64,000 bases of DNA. Source: Lama guanicoe. Its lineage: Eukaryota. The position numbers and the translations under genes were made by a program. The notes below the pieces were generated by a model. That model was not told where the DNA came from and ran no database searches. It saw nothing but the letters and a program-made list of their open reading frames with translations. Shown here one piece after another: positions 13,861 to 26,650 of this stretch (within the stretch, counting starts at the first letter, position 1; every line of letters begins with the position of its first letter). Where the stretch lies: positions 1,116,001 through 1,180,000 of the forward strand of contig MU055522.1 in NCBI GenBank assembly GCA_013239625.1, read 5' to 3'.

Positions 13861-14419
13861 AATTTTATCAACATGAATCAACATTGCCAACAGTTTTCCA
13901 GTCGGCTTTAATGGAGGCTGGACAAAAGGTCACTTCCTCTTTGGAGCCTCCCTGACCTGCAGGCAGAGCTGTTCTCTGTCCTCTGCCCCAAAGCCCTGCC
14001 TCCTCACCCCGGTTATCCAGTGATGACCCAGCGCTTCTGACATCTGCTTTCATACAGATGTAGAAGTGGGGAAGGGGCCGAGAGCCTCCACCTTGGAGCA
14101 AGGTAGCTCCTGATCTGGAAGTCTTCCTGTAGACGTGGCAGAGAGCTGCACAGGGGCTGCGTCTACTAATACTGGTGGAATCCCAGGTAATAACAATAAC
14201 CAATAAGAATGAATTCTCCCCACAGTCTCCTCTTCATTGTGGTCCCGATCACATGACCCAGGGGAAGGCCATGCGGTAGGGCTTCTGCCACTGGGAGCAG
14301 GACGGAAGGAAGAAGGTAGGTGGTTTAAAAACACGGGGAGGTAACCAGAGTGAGAAGGCCTGAGGCAGGTTCCACGAGTGGTCACAGTCTCTCATTAAGT
14401 GCCTCTAGCAACCTGCACG

Positions 14420-14870
14420 GGGGTCAGTGCTGAGCTGAGGGCCAGCTTACTTCTCTGAAAAACCCAGTGAATTGATAATATTATTGTCCCCGTATTACAG
14501 ACAAGTAAACTTCAACACAGAGATGTTAACTCACTTGTCCCAGGCCCCATTCCCAGTTAGCCAGTGGCAGAGACCACATCCGGATAAGCCTGAGACATTA
14601 CAGGGAGACGCGGATCTCACCAACCTCCTCCACCAACCCCAGTTCCTCAGGTGGTCTCCTGTGACTGGGATGAGGGACAGACGGAGCTGAGAGGGACGGA
14701 GAATCATCTGGGGGCACTTTGCTCTGAGACAAGTCGTTAAGCAGTTTTACATCCTCGTGAGAACCCTGTTGGGAAGGCATTGCTATCGCCCCCTGTTTAA
14801 AACTAGGGAACGGAGACTTGGCAGAATCGACTACTTCGCCCACTATCACGCTGGAAACCACTTCTAAGCA
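14420..14870 (-). mobile_element. Two adjacent MIR fragments
   Basis: ttacagacaagtaaacttcaacacagagatgttaactcacttgtcc and ttaaaactagggaacggagacttggcag resemble reverse MIR cores. Confidence 0.5.
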
Positions 14871-15104
14871 AGGACTGTCTTATTCAAGTTTATCACATAG
14901 CATGATGCCTGGCTTCAGAGAAATGTTCAATAAAGCATTTTGTAAATTAATTAGGTAATTAATTTCAAGGGCAGATGTGTCCTCTAACTGTAGGCAAAAT
15001 AATTAGGACAAGGAAGAAAAGAGGCAGAAGATAACGATTTCTCCCTCCCACCCTCCACCCTCACTCCCACTGTCTTCTCTCCTCCTCTCCTTTCTTTAAA
15101 ATCT

Positions 15105-15560
15105 ATATATTGAGCCACCACTTTGTTTCAAAGACTCCAACTGAAAGTCTAATAAAATGTGGCTCCTTAAGCCCCCATAAGTTCATAGTAACATGGGGAC
15201 AGAAAGTGGCAATCAAACAATTAAAATGCAAAAAATGCCGTGAGTAAATAGTCACGTAGAAGTTTCCACGGGTGGTGACACTGTAGATGGTAAGTTAGAA
15301 GGACAGAGAAGAGGAAGGGGGAGCATTCCATGCTGAGAGAACAACGCAGGGATGAGGGATGAACTTGAGGGACACAGGAAAACCCCAGTTCTCCACTAGG
15401 GTGGAAGGGGAGGAGGAGGTGATGGGACGGTGGGAACAGGAAGCCAGGAAGACCCTGGTGCGCTCAGCTAAGAAGTCAGGCCACATCTGGAGAACTACCG
15501 AGAGCCATTCATGCTTCGCATCAGAAGAATTTAATAATGAGCAGATACGTACTGAAAAGA
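15105..15560 (-). mobile_element. L2 LINE 3' fragment
   Basis: attgagccaccactttgt... followed by purine-rich sequence typical of reverse L2 3' ends. Confidence 0.5.
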
Positions 15561-18487
15561 AGAAATCTCCCTAGCAGAAATACGAAGAAAAAAATGGGAG
15601 GAGAGAGTGGGGACCAAAGTGGCTGTGGAGGGAGAGGGGGCAGGGACCTGTCAGGAGCAAAGGGCAGAAAGCCAGCCCAGAGGGTGCTCCGAGGTACGAA
15701 GGTGGCTTCTTCCAGAAGGCTGCGCTGAAACAGTCATGCAACACACAGTCACGTCTTGGTGTCTTTTGTCCAATTTATTTTGCATATACATTTTTCCCCT
15801 CTTATAACCAAGGAAGAATCCTCTGAGTGCTGGTCTTTCGGGGTTTTTTTTTAGCGCTCCTTGGGGAATGCCAGTCCACTCCCGGGACTGTGTGAAGTGT
15901 TAACTAGTAAACACATCAAATGGATGACTTCCTGTTTAATCTTTCCAGACCTAATCTTTTCAAAAGCAGGAACCATAAGCAATTCTGTCCCTATCTCCAG
16001 AATCATCAAACAGCAGAAAATCGAATCCCTCCATTTGCCATTATCATCTAATGCTGCATAAGTCGGTGGTCACTCTCCTGAACAATTTTCCTTTCTTATC
16101 ACTAGACACAGCCCCCACTCGAAAGGTGTTGAGAGGATGACACGTGGTGAACTCTGCTCCTCCACATCTTCCACACCCCAGTGTCACCCCTGTTGGTCAC
16201 TGTCAGCATTTGGATGGAGACCCTGTTTATGCCTAGAAGCCCTGCGTTTGGTCCACTATGTTCTGTTGCCCTAAAAGCCAGCAGGTTCAATGGTGAAAAA
16301 TAGTGAACCAAGGAGACAGCCCAAAATGATATTTATTTATCTCTGACAGGTATCAAAACCCTTGAGTCACTGCTCTTACTACGAAAGATAATGATCCTTC
16401 TGAAAATGTGCAAGGAGCAGTCAGGGTGAGGTTCTCACGGTCTGCTTGTGGACTGAGCAGAATTAGCTGGCAGGACCCAGTCTGCTTCGTTGTAATGGAG
16501 ACTGAAGCTCCCCCAGGGAAGAGTTCACTGGGGCTGCCTGTAGCATCCTCTTCTAATACCGGCTTCCAGTGCCATATTAAAATTGCTTGACATGATTTCT
16601 CCTCATGGATAAAAGCTCTATTGTTTCCCTTTCTTCCTCATTTAGAAGGAAAACCGATACCGTTGAGAGAACTCCTGAGTTCCAACCATCAATATACCTC
16701 CTCCATGTCTGCTCGGTAACTCCTTGAAAACCCTCCGTCACATCTGGGTTGGTTGTGCTGTTCTGAAGCGTAATGCTATGAGTCCACTTCGCCACCTCCA
16801 TCCTGCTCCCCCAAACACACACTCACAGGCAAGTACACATACCTGCAGGCCCCCATGCGTCAGTCAGGAAGCACAGGTTCCACAAAAGCGTGATCCATGA
16901 GTCACTGCCGGGATCTCTCTGTCGTCACTGGGTTGCAAAGGTCGGAGCGGTACTTCGGCAGCTTGGCTCTGTGCTTGGCATCGTCAAACAGGTGTGATCT
17001 CATTTTCTATGTCTGGAGGCTTTGGGTGTGCGATGCCTGTGACATAGCTCAGAGAATTGATGTAACACGTTCAGTAGTGGAGTGATACGGTCTTGGAAGG
17101 GGATTTTGTGTGTCTTGTGTTTTTTTTGTTCTATCATGCAGACTTCTGTGATACCTCTTTAAGTAACTCTGACACATTTTTGAAGATCTTCCACAGCTTC
17201 TCCGCCTGCTCTTTGAGCCCCTTTATTAATCTTACACAGCCAGCCTTGTTCTTTGCAGATCATTTTCCAGCAGGGAAATGTTCTTTTATTTGCTATTTTC
17301 CAGGGTCTTCACATGTAGCAAACACTCAGGTGCCTACATTTTTCTCTTCTTCCTTTTAATTTAAAAAAGGCACCTGAATTTCTTTGTTGAGCATAATGTC
17401 AAATTCTAAAAACAAAAGTTGTCAGGCACTGTTCCTGAATTCCTCCAGGCAATAAGTGATAGCTCACTTTCTTATGTTTTGTTCACTTGAACTTGTAAAG
17501 AGAATTTCATTTTCTCGTAAAAGATGATTACATTACTTCATTGTTTTGAGTGAGATTTCCCTGGACTGATACGGTCTTCCTTGCTTGGCCTGTTTTTGTG
17601 GGGTTTCTTTTCTTTTCTTTTTTTTTTTTTTTTACCCTGAATGCACCTTTTTTTTTCTGAGCTATTTTTGAATGCCTCAGTCATCAGCATGGAAAGCTAC
17701 ACAGACTAAATGCGTCTAAGACTGATATGCCAGCTTTTGCGTTAAATCTACCTTCAGACTCGTAACTTGGTGTGAAATCCTCACGTGCAAACACTCTCTA
17801 TGGGGATACCAATTACTAATACATTTCTCCACTCCACTCTAGCTGGTTTCACTCAAAAAACAAAAGAGATTGAATACAAAGGCTCCCTGAGGCCAAAGAA
17901 GATGCCAGCTCTCAAATTATAATAATCTGGTCTACATTTTGATACTGGTTCACTAGGAAACTCCCTTTTGGGTGATGCTTTCGGCAGAACAATGACACAA
18001 TAATTTGGAGGAAATAACATCCCACGTAAGACGAGGGGTTGGGTGGGAGGGGATCCTACCTAAGAACAAGTAACAAGATTAAGTGAGAACGTGGGAGTTC
18101 CTTAAAACCAAATATCTAAATGTCACCCTGAAGTGCCAGGCGAAATTCAGGGAGCACAGGCTTACAAGGATTTTTATGTCAGAAAGCAGCTTTCAAATTT
18201 AAACAGCTCAGGGATTAATAAGGTCTGGAACAAGTTGTGACTCCTTCCATAGAATTTTGTACTGACAGTTCTCTGAGGCAGAGAGAGAGAAAGTTCTGGG
18301 CTTGGAAAAGGGGCCCTGAACACATATCATTAAATCTCAAGGCAAATGACTCCATACACTAAGGTGCATTTGGCCAAATGAAACGAAATTTTTGTTTAGG
18401 TTACAGTGTTGAGTTTTGAATGTTTAGGAAAAAAATGGTGGGAGGGTCCTAATTATCTGAATGTAATTTTTTTTTTCTCATTCAGAG

Positions 18488-18708
18488 CTGGGGTCCTCAA
18501 CCAAGGGTGGTTTTGCAACTGTTTCCTGGGGGACATATGGCAAACGTCTGGACATGCCTTTGGTTGTCACATCTGGGAGGTGGGTACTACTGAGATCTAG
18601 TGGGTGGAGACCAGAGACACTGCGAAACATCCTTCAACGCACAGCAAAGCCCACAACGAAGAACTGTCCAGGTCAAAATGTCAATAGCACCGGGGCTCAG
18701 AAACCCTC
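18488..18708 (+). mobile_element. MER20 DNA transposon (hAT-Charlie), near full length
   Basis: Collinear with the MER20 consensus: ggggacatatggcaaacgtctgga...tttggttgtcaca...atctagtgggtggagaccagagacactgcgaaacatcct...caaaatgtcaatagcac...gaaaccct. Confidence 0.9.
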
Positions 18709-19539
18709 CTTTGGACCCACAGGCTCTACAACTGTGTTATTTTTGAACCTGCTGATAGACAAAGATGAGGACATAAGTTAATAATCAGAAACAAACTCTG
18801 AAGTTTCCGGTGCTGCTTCAATAAAAGGCAGGAGCGCTGTTTTCTGTTTCTGTAGCTCTTGGCCGATGCTTAACTTCAATCAACTGGAGAAACAAAATAG
18901 CATTTTGTGCGATACAGAGAAATGTTATAATGTGGCAGGGTTTTTATTCATCAGTCAAGCTTAAAGCAAAGCTAATTTTTCAGAGGAATTTTCTTTCTTA
19001 TTGATTATTAAATAGCTTCTATGTTCATTATCATCAAAAACTGAACAGGTACAACTGTTGATTTTTTTCCTAAAATATAATGACATCAATTATTCCTTCT
19101 CAGACAGCACCGAGTGGCGGAAATGGGGACAACGAGCACTTACTTTGCTCAATCCACAGCTCCGTGACTTTCAGAGAATACAAAAGGAACAGGTGTATGC
19201 TCCTAATGGGAACTTCGAAAATAAGGCTGAGGCATTGAAAAGAAGGAATCCCAAACTACCCCGTTTTCGCATTTGAGAGCGCTTTCTTATCTCGGAAATC
19301 GGTAACCACCGTAAATCTTTGTCTGGTGATGAAAATGGCTGTTCTCTTTTCAGTTGTTAAAAATCTCTAAATTGGTTACTTGCTAACTATGGTTTTCATG
19401 TCTTTAGCTATTAAAGGGACGAAACAATGTGGGTATTGACATTTCTGAATTATACTGTATCCGGTTTCGGAAAGGGTGATACCTCACGTTAGAAAAGTGT
19501 ATTGTGTCAGAATCTGATGCCTCCATATCATGACCCCCT

Positions 19540-20560
19540 TCACAAGCCTGGGGCCCGTGCGGACCTGGCCTTGGCCTCGGCGCCTCTACAGGGGGGCGTC
19601 AGATGCTCCAGAAACCCCTGCTGGGGCCCGGGGCCGACCTCAAGGACTGCGTGATGGGTGGGCGCCCCCGGAGGCAAACGCACCTTGCTCGGTTTGTCAC
19701 ATGACGCTTTCCCAGGGCGGCTTCTTCGGCTTTCTCTGTGGGGAGTTACGTGGTGACATCTTAAGAGCTACTTCTCTCGTAAAATTTTCTGTCTGAAATA
19801 CTAACGGAGACACGTGCTTAGCCCAGGGCTGCAGCGGAGCTGGGGCACAGCATTCTCCGGGATGAGTCGGGGGCACACGACAACGGACAACGCGAGCCAG
19901 CGTCTCCCACTCTGTTTCCCTCCGGAAGCACCACCGCACTTCGAGCGGATGCAGCTGAACGATGCTCTTCAGCGCCCAGGGAGGCAGAAGGTACCACAAA
20001 CCACCTGTTCAGTAGTAACTCGAACAGATCCTATCACCCGTTTTCCTTTCCCTTCATGTGACAGTTTCCTCCGCTTCACTCTCTACATCAAATCCCTTGT
20101 TTTTCTATTAGTCAAAACCATTTATAAAAAGACAAAGTTTCCAAAGAATTCCCCCCCCAATCAGGACGGACAGCTCCTCCAAATGGCTGAAAGGGGCTAC
20201 GATGGTGACCCCCACGACCTCCCCAGGGCCCCCTGTCTCCATCACTCTCACCAGGCCTGGGGGCACACCACCCCCGTGGGCCTTAGAAGGAGGAACTCGG
20301 GCTGTGCCCACAGCCTCTGGCACCCCCAGCAGCGGCCTGGCTCCCTCCCCTCCCAGGGCACAGCGTTGGCCTGGGCTCCCCCAGCTTTTGCTGATGCTCC
20401 AGGCTGAGCGGGTGGCCAGGGTGAGCTCCCCCCTCTGCCTGGGGGGCTCCTCCCTCTGCCCGGGGGGCCTCCGAACGAGGCGGGATCTGCACAGCTGTGC
20501 TCCTCCCGATCCAGCCCGGGAGACCAGGCCCCGCCACTGAACGGAGGGAACAATGACTGC
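19540..20560. promoter_or_regulatory. GC/CpG-enriched segment (weak CpG-island-like)
   Basis: Markedly higher GC and CpG than the flanks; function not shown. Confidence 0.35.
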
Positions 20561-20657
20561 ACGAATAAACGGGTCCCTACTGGAAACTCAGCCTCTAAAG
20601 GAAGTTCCCAAATCACCCAGGGGAAGCTGACTGTGGGCAGGGAAGAGCTGAGGGTGG

Positions 20658-21005
20658 TGTTATGAACTAAATTACGTCGCCTAAAATCCATGCGGCGAAG
20701 CTCTAACCCCGGGTGTGACTGTATTTGGAGGCAGGGCCTTTGCAGAGGTAATCAGGGTAAATGGTCACAAGGGTGGGGCTTGACCCAATAGGATTAGCGC
20801 CCTTACAAGAAAAGGAAGAGATGGCAGGAATGTGCACACACACAGAGGGAAAGCCACCGTGAGAATGCCATCTGTGGTCGCCCGGAAGCCAGGGAGCGAG
20901 GCCTCAGGAGAAGCCAGCCCTGCCGACACCTTGGTCTCAGACTGAGAGGAAATAGGTTTCTGCTGTTTAAAAATCAACGGCTGCCTCCTGCACAGACTAA
21001 CCCAG
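20658..21005 (+). mobile_element. MaLR solo LTR (MLT1B-like)
   Basis: tgttatgaactaaatt...gtgactgtatttggaggcagggcctttgcagaggtaatc...gaggcctcaggagaagccagccctgccgacaccttggtctcagact. Confidence 0.85.
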
Positions 21006-24000
21006 GTGAGAGCGGATGCACTAGTTGAGCACCTACTGTGTACCGACATGGTGTTGGGTGCTGTAAGGTCCTACCACATTTTTATATCCAGAGCGTCTTT
21101 AGATGATATGTGACCAAAATAAAACCGTCGAAACCACTTTGTGCGGAATCCTTTACTAAGTGCGCTTCCTTCTGCTTGCAAGTTGCGTCTGCATGAAAGA
21201 AAATGGGGTTCTGGTTTCTACTGCTTAAGGGCATTGACACTCTGGATCAATGCTCGTATTTTGTTGGGCGACAAATTTTCATTGCATTAAAACATAAATG
21301 GCTACAGTGTGACAGAATACAATTCTTAGACTTGTTCATTCGAAATACCCTGTTGTGCCAACCGTTATCCATAAACGCACAGCTTAGGCCTGGCGTCCGC
21401 CTTCGCAGGCTTGAGGTGTGTCGACAGAATCTTTATCTGACTCTGTAATATGCTCCGGAGAGACTTTTCATCATCTGCTGCTTCACAGGTAGTGAAGTGA
21501 TTAATTGTTATTCATTGTTCTTCATTTTCTGGCTCGCCCACCAGGCTACACGTTTTAAGAAAGCAGGCAGTGTGTTGTTCGGTTTCCTCATCTCTAAGTG
21601 GAGATGCTGCAAACTATGCTAGCCCAGCGCTCGGCGTTCAGTGAAAGCTCAGTCAACACTGGTTAGAATTCGTTAGAAGAATTCTAGCAGCAGCGCACAT
21701 ACGTGCAGGAAAGACCTCCACAGGTCACTTAGGCTGTTTCCCGGAGCCAGTTCCCTCCCAAAGTGAGAAGGGCATTACACTGAGACTAATCTCTCTCCGT
21801 AGCTTATAAATAAGTCGCTTCTGGTTGCCCGGGAGGCTTCTGCTACCACAGCCTGAATTCAATTTGTCTAGCTTTTTACTCTGTTGACCAAAGAATAGGT
21901 GCATGGCAGACACTAATTGCATCTCTGTCTTTGTATCTTTACTTATTTATTTTAGCATGTCTTAAGAGTTATACTGACCTGAATTCAACAGATTTATGTT
22001 GATCTGTTAAAGGTTTATTCTTGAGCCTTCAGCAGAGTGATTTTTAAACACCTTTGGTAGTTTTTAAAACATAACTTCACAGCTTTGCTGTAGTGTGTGG
22101 AAAATATATAGTATTAACTTGAAAATTGGTCAGTAAGTTATTCAATATTACATTACACTTACTTAAGTACTAACTAATAATATTCACAACATTTAAAGAT
22201 AAATTTCCTCTTTTTCTGTCTAACAATGGTACAGATGCTTCCACTTAACTGTTAAATAATTATGTTGAAAAGTAATGTGTTTTTCTCAAAAAGTAAATAC
22301 AAAACTACATATTGTATTATTTTTGGTTTGGGTAAGGAATGCATGCATATGCGTGCATTTTAAACAGTAGACTGAAATTGAACTATAATTATAACATCAA
22401 ATGTGTTTTCACAAACTGATGCTTGTAATCCTTTTCCTGAAAAAAATGGGTATATTTTTATAGTTTTTATGTGCTGTTTCTAAATTAGGGTTTGGGCGTT
22501 TGCAGGCTGCTCTTTGCAAGCTCTTTTCTAAAAATAATACACTGAGGACATGGAAAGTCTTTATTCTCCACAAATGAAAAGACAATTTGTATATAATCAC
22601 CGCAACATTTTCCCTTTTCAACATTTGTTTCTGAAGAGCCTGGAGACATCCTGAGATGTTATATAAGAATCTGGATTAGATGAATGCAAATTATTGACCT
22701 GCCGAGCAAGCCATCCTGAGGCAAACTTGCAGAGTTAGTATCTTTTTCGTACACTCCAGTACTTACTGTATTTGCCCATCAATGTTGTTGAACCATAGCT
22801 TATGCAGAATGAAGACTATCAGCCTTCAGCCGTGTGCTTGACTTGTTATTACAGTCATTTGTTTGCCACCATCCGCCAGCCAGGGGACGGGGTTCCCAAA
22901 TCACTCACTTTCAACAACAACAACGAAGTAAATAAAGAAGCAAAACTCCAAATCACTATTTTATCCACTTTTTTTACAAAGCAGACATTAAGATGGATAG
23001 TGTCACTATCTCTGATTAAGGGGAACCCTTGAGAGTTTGTGACTCATCAATCGGAATCGGGAAGACTTTCCAGACCATTGTCCCCCTGGTCCTGATCAGT
23101 CCTCTATGACAAGGACTTGCAGAACTGACCACAGGAAGAGTGAAGAGGAGGAGGACAGTCAGCGGCCCCGATTTCCTTTTCAAAAGGAAGAGAAGAGACA
23201 CAGGAGATAGAGGATCACGGAGAATAAGGACAGTGGTCATTTTACGCTAGAAGTGAGTCTCTTGTCTGATCTGTCTTGTTTCCCAGGTCCTGTCACCACC
23301 TTACAACCACGGTGAAGATAAAATTGTTAACGTTCTTTAGAAACACTACTTCCGTTCTTTGTGTGTGTAGCTGTGTGTGTGTGTGGTGGGGGGGCTGGGT
23401 GTCAGCATCATAACAGCACCGCACTTCATTTTTAAAGCTACAGGTTCTTAGGACTAAGATGCTAGCCTGTCTGGTAGAATCCACACGAAGTAAGGACCTG
23501 AAATTAAACTCACTCCATCTTCCCTGGGACTAGTACTGGCCTCTGGGTTGAAATCCACCTTCTTTACGATACTCTGGCCAATTCCACTGGGCACCCAACG
23601 TCTCCAAGATTCTATTAACATATTTTTCCTCTTTGCTTAACCCAGTCCTTCACGGTCACTCACTGGCTCCTGCCACTCCCTGAGATTTCTTTCTTTGCCC
23701 TTTAATACCATTTCAATGTCTCTGCCTTTCAGCCCTGAGTATTTCTCGTCCTACACTTCCTCCTTGACTTCATCCTATCTGTTAAGGTAATAAGGGCTTT
23801 CCTTGTAATTAATCTCACCAGCCCAAATTCTGGGTTTTTGTAGAAGTTTTGTAGAAACCCACATAAATTTCTGAAGCTCCGTATTTCCAATCCATATAAT
23901 TGACTTTAAAGTTCACCTCCCAAAATAGCTTTTGCTTTATGCAATATGGGATGATTCAGATGTAGCCATTTATCGAAGCACATTCTTACCAGATTAATCT

Positions 24001-24086
24001 TTGAGTTAAAAATGCTGCTTTCATTGTATAATTACTGTGCTTGCAACACAAGTCTGAATTTCCAAGCCTTCCTTCCGTCTATTAGC

Positions 24087-24291
24087 TCAACAGATTTAAT
24101 TAAGTTTCTCCCCCAGTAATAAGGTGGGAATGGAGTCCTAGAAATTACAGAAATTTAGGGGTCCTGTAACTTAGCAGGGAGGGACACAGTTCAACAGAGT
24201 TAGTTGTTTCTCCACCAGTAATAAGGTAGGGATGGAGCTCTTAAAATTACAGAAATTTGGGGATTCTGTGATTTAGCAGGGAGGGACACAG
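24087..24291. repeat. Diverged two-copy tandem duplication, period 102 bp
   Basis: 24104-24189 vs 24206-24291 match at 74/86 positions without gaps. Confidence 0.95.
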
Positions 24292-26051
24292 AAGTAATAT
24301 AACTGTATTCGTCAGATAATTATATATTAAGACCTGAGAATTTACATTACTTATCTAAAGTTGACCCGGAAAATTAATGAAGAGTTAGGACCAGGCCCAA
24401 AGAGCCCAATAAACATGCCATGTTCATTCCTACTCTTCTGGACTTTATTTTTTATATTTTTGATGGAAATGATTTCATATATATGTACACACACACACAG
24501 AGAGTCCTACCTACTCAAAGCCCTCATTCTGATGAATGAGATCACTGACTGGACCACCACAATAAAGCCCTCCCATGGAAACAGAAGGTGCCCAGGACGG
24601 GGGAATCCAGGAAAGAATTCTGATTCTGTCCTTACCCTTGGCTCAATGACCGTCTGGTCATGTGGAACTAAGCAAACGATGTCACCACCCTTGAACTTCA
24701 GCTTCCTCATCTATTGTAAGAAATCTCACTGTGAGGCCCAGGCTGCACCATCCTACGTAGCAGTCATGACCCTCTTCAGTAGCTGCACGAAATTCTGTGG
24801 TTACAGCTCCCTGTGTTTTTCCTCCTCTCAGTTACTTACTTTCTATCTGAAGGCCCAGATGAACAAGTCCAGTAGCTCCTTCTTGATGTCTCCCATCAAA
24901 CACAAGTCCTGCAGAGACCTACTTAGTTCAGACAGAGTCAGCACCACTTGCAAACAAACACTGGACAGAGAGAGAGAGACCTGGAGTCAGGCCAGCCCAC
25001 TAGCACTGCGGCCGTGACGGCTCCCACTTGGCATTGCTGTTGGACCAGCTCTCGCAGCCCAGTGGCTCCTCGTGTCCTGATTCAAGATGCCCTTGCTGGT
25101 TTAGAACTCACATTCAGCCAGAGTGCACCTTCACACTTGGAGTCGTGGACGTGACACAGAAAGCAAGCACCACATGGAATAAAAAATGTGGTTAAGGCTT
25201 CAAAGACTCCTGGATGGTAATGGCCTTGGCACTCTGGGTTTCCCAAATGACACTGAAAACCAGGCAGCATGCTTTGTGATTATGAAAAAAGCTGTACAGT
25301 GTAGGTTCCTCTGCTAAAATTATTTGATCGGGAGAAATCGAGAGTAGGCTGTGAAGTGTGGTTTTTGAAAGCTGATGTTTATCTGAATTGGAGCTCGTGT
25401 TATTGGAGAAAGATCACGCAGACAATGTGTGTCCAACTGCCTAACTCTTAAGAGGGCTGTTCTCAGGATAAATGAATGAGTCAAGGGACACTAACCAACC
25501 CTCCTGAGGGAACCACACCTGCCACCGAAAATACAGATAAGACTTTTTTTTTTTAACCACCCTTGACAAGTCACCAGTAGAGGAAAGAAATATAACTTTC
25601 AAGTTCATTATCATCAAGTGGCCTCCAGCCTCAACGTCATGCTCTGCCAAAACCAGTTCTCCCCCAAAACTCTTAGACCCTGAGTCACACTAAAAGCAGT
25701 TCATTAACCACGTCAGCATTTTCCTCCTGGGCAGTTCCTTTTTGGAAACCAAATCATTTCCGGTAAGTAGGCCTTGCCAGAGCCACCTACATCTACACTG
25801 AAAAGTGTCCCTTTTGCAATGTCTACTTTTTCTGACATTTCCATGGTATCACAGTGAGAAGAACATGTGAAGCATTCTGGAAACGTTTGACAATTTATTG
25901 ATTCATAGACTATTGATTCATAGACACAACAAATCCTTGCTGTTCTCAAAATGTTTACCTGAGTACAAGCCATATCTGTTGGCTATTAGATTGTTCAATG
26001 TTTGCTCTCCTCTATTGAAGGCTTTTCAAGGATGATTTAAAATCAAGAAAT

Positions 26052-26650
26052 ATATTCAGAAAAAACAAAACAGTAACTCAAGAAGATACATGCACCCCAA
26101 TGTTCATAGCAGCACTATTTACAAAAGCCAAGATATGGAAGCAACCCAAGTGCCCATGAACAGAAAGGATAAAGAAGATGTGGTATACACCTGTAATGGA
26201 ATATTACTCAGCCATGAAAAAGAATGAAATTCTGCCATTTGCAGCCACATGGATGGACCTAGAAGAACATTATGCTTAGTGAAATGACAGTCAAAGACAA
26301 ATACTGTATGACTTGTATGGCATCACTTATATATGGAATCTAAAAATAATACAAATGAGTATATAAGCAAAACAGAAACAGACTCACAGATACAGAAAAT
26401 AAACTAGTGGCTACCAAAGGGGAGGAGGAAGGCAGAAGGGGAAAATGAGGGGATTGACAGATACAAACCACTCTGTATGGAACAGATAAGCAACAAGGAT
26501 ATATTGTTCAGCACAGGGAATTAACAGCCATTATCTCGTAATAACTTAGCATGGAGTACAATCTGCAAAAATACTGAATCGCTGTGCTGTACACCTGAAA
26601 CTCATAGCATATTGTGAATCAACTATACTTCAATAAAATAAAATTAAATG
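26052..26650 (+). mobile_element. 5'-truncated L1 (end of ORF2 plus 3' UTR)
   Basis: gatacatgcaccccaatgttcatagcagcactatttac...gctgtacacctgaaac...tcaactatacttcaataaaa. Confidence 0.92.

Noticed and set aside
19814-20407. 197-aa ORF in the GC-rich block
   Set aside because: GTG start, expected by chance at high GC, no recognisable homology
24361-25017. Longest ORF (218 aa)
   Set aside because: Non-ATG start, runs through a microsatellite and a MIR-like segment, no recognisable domain
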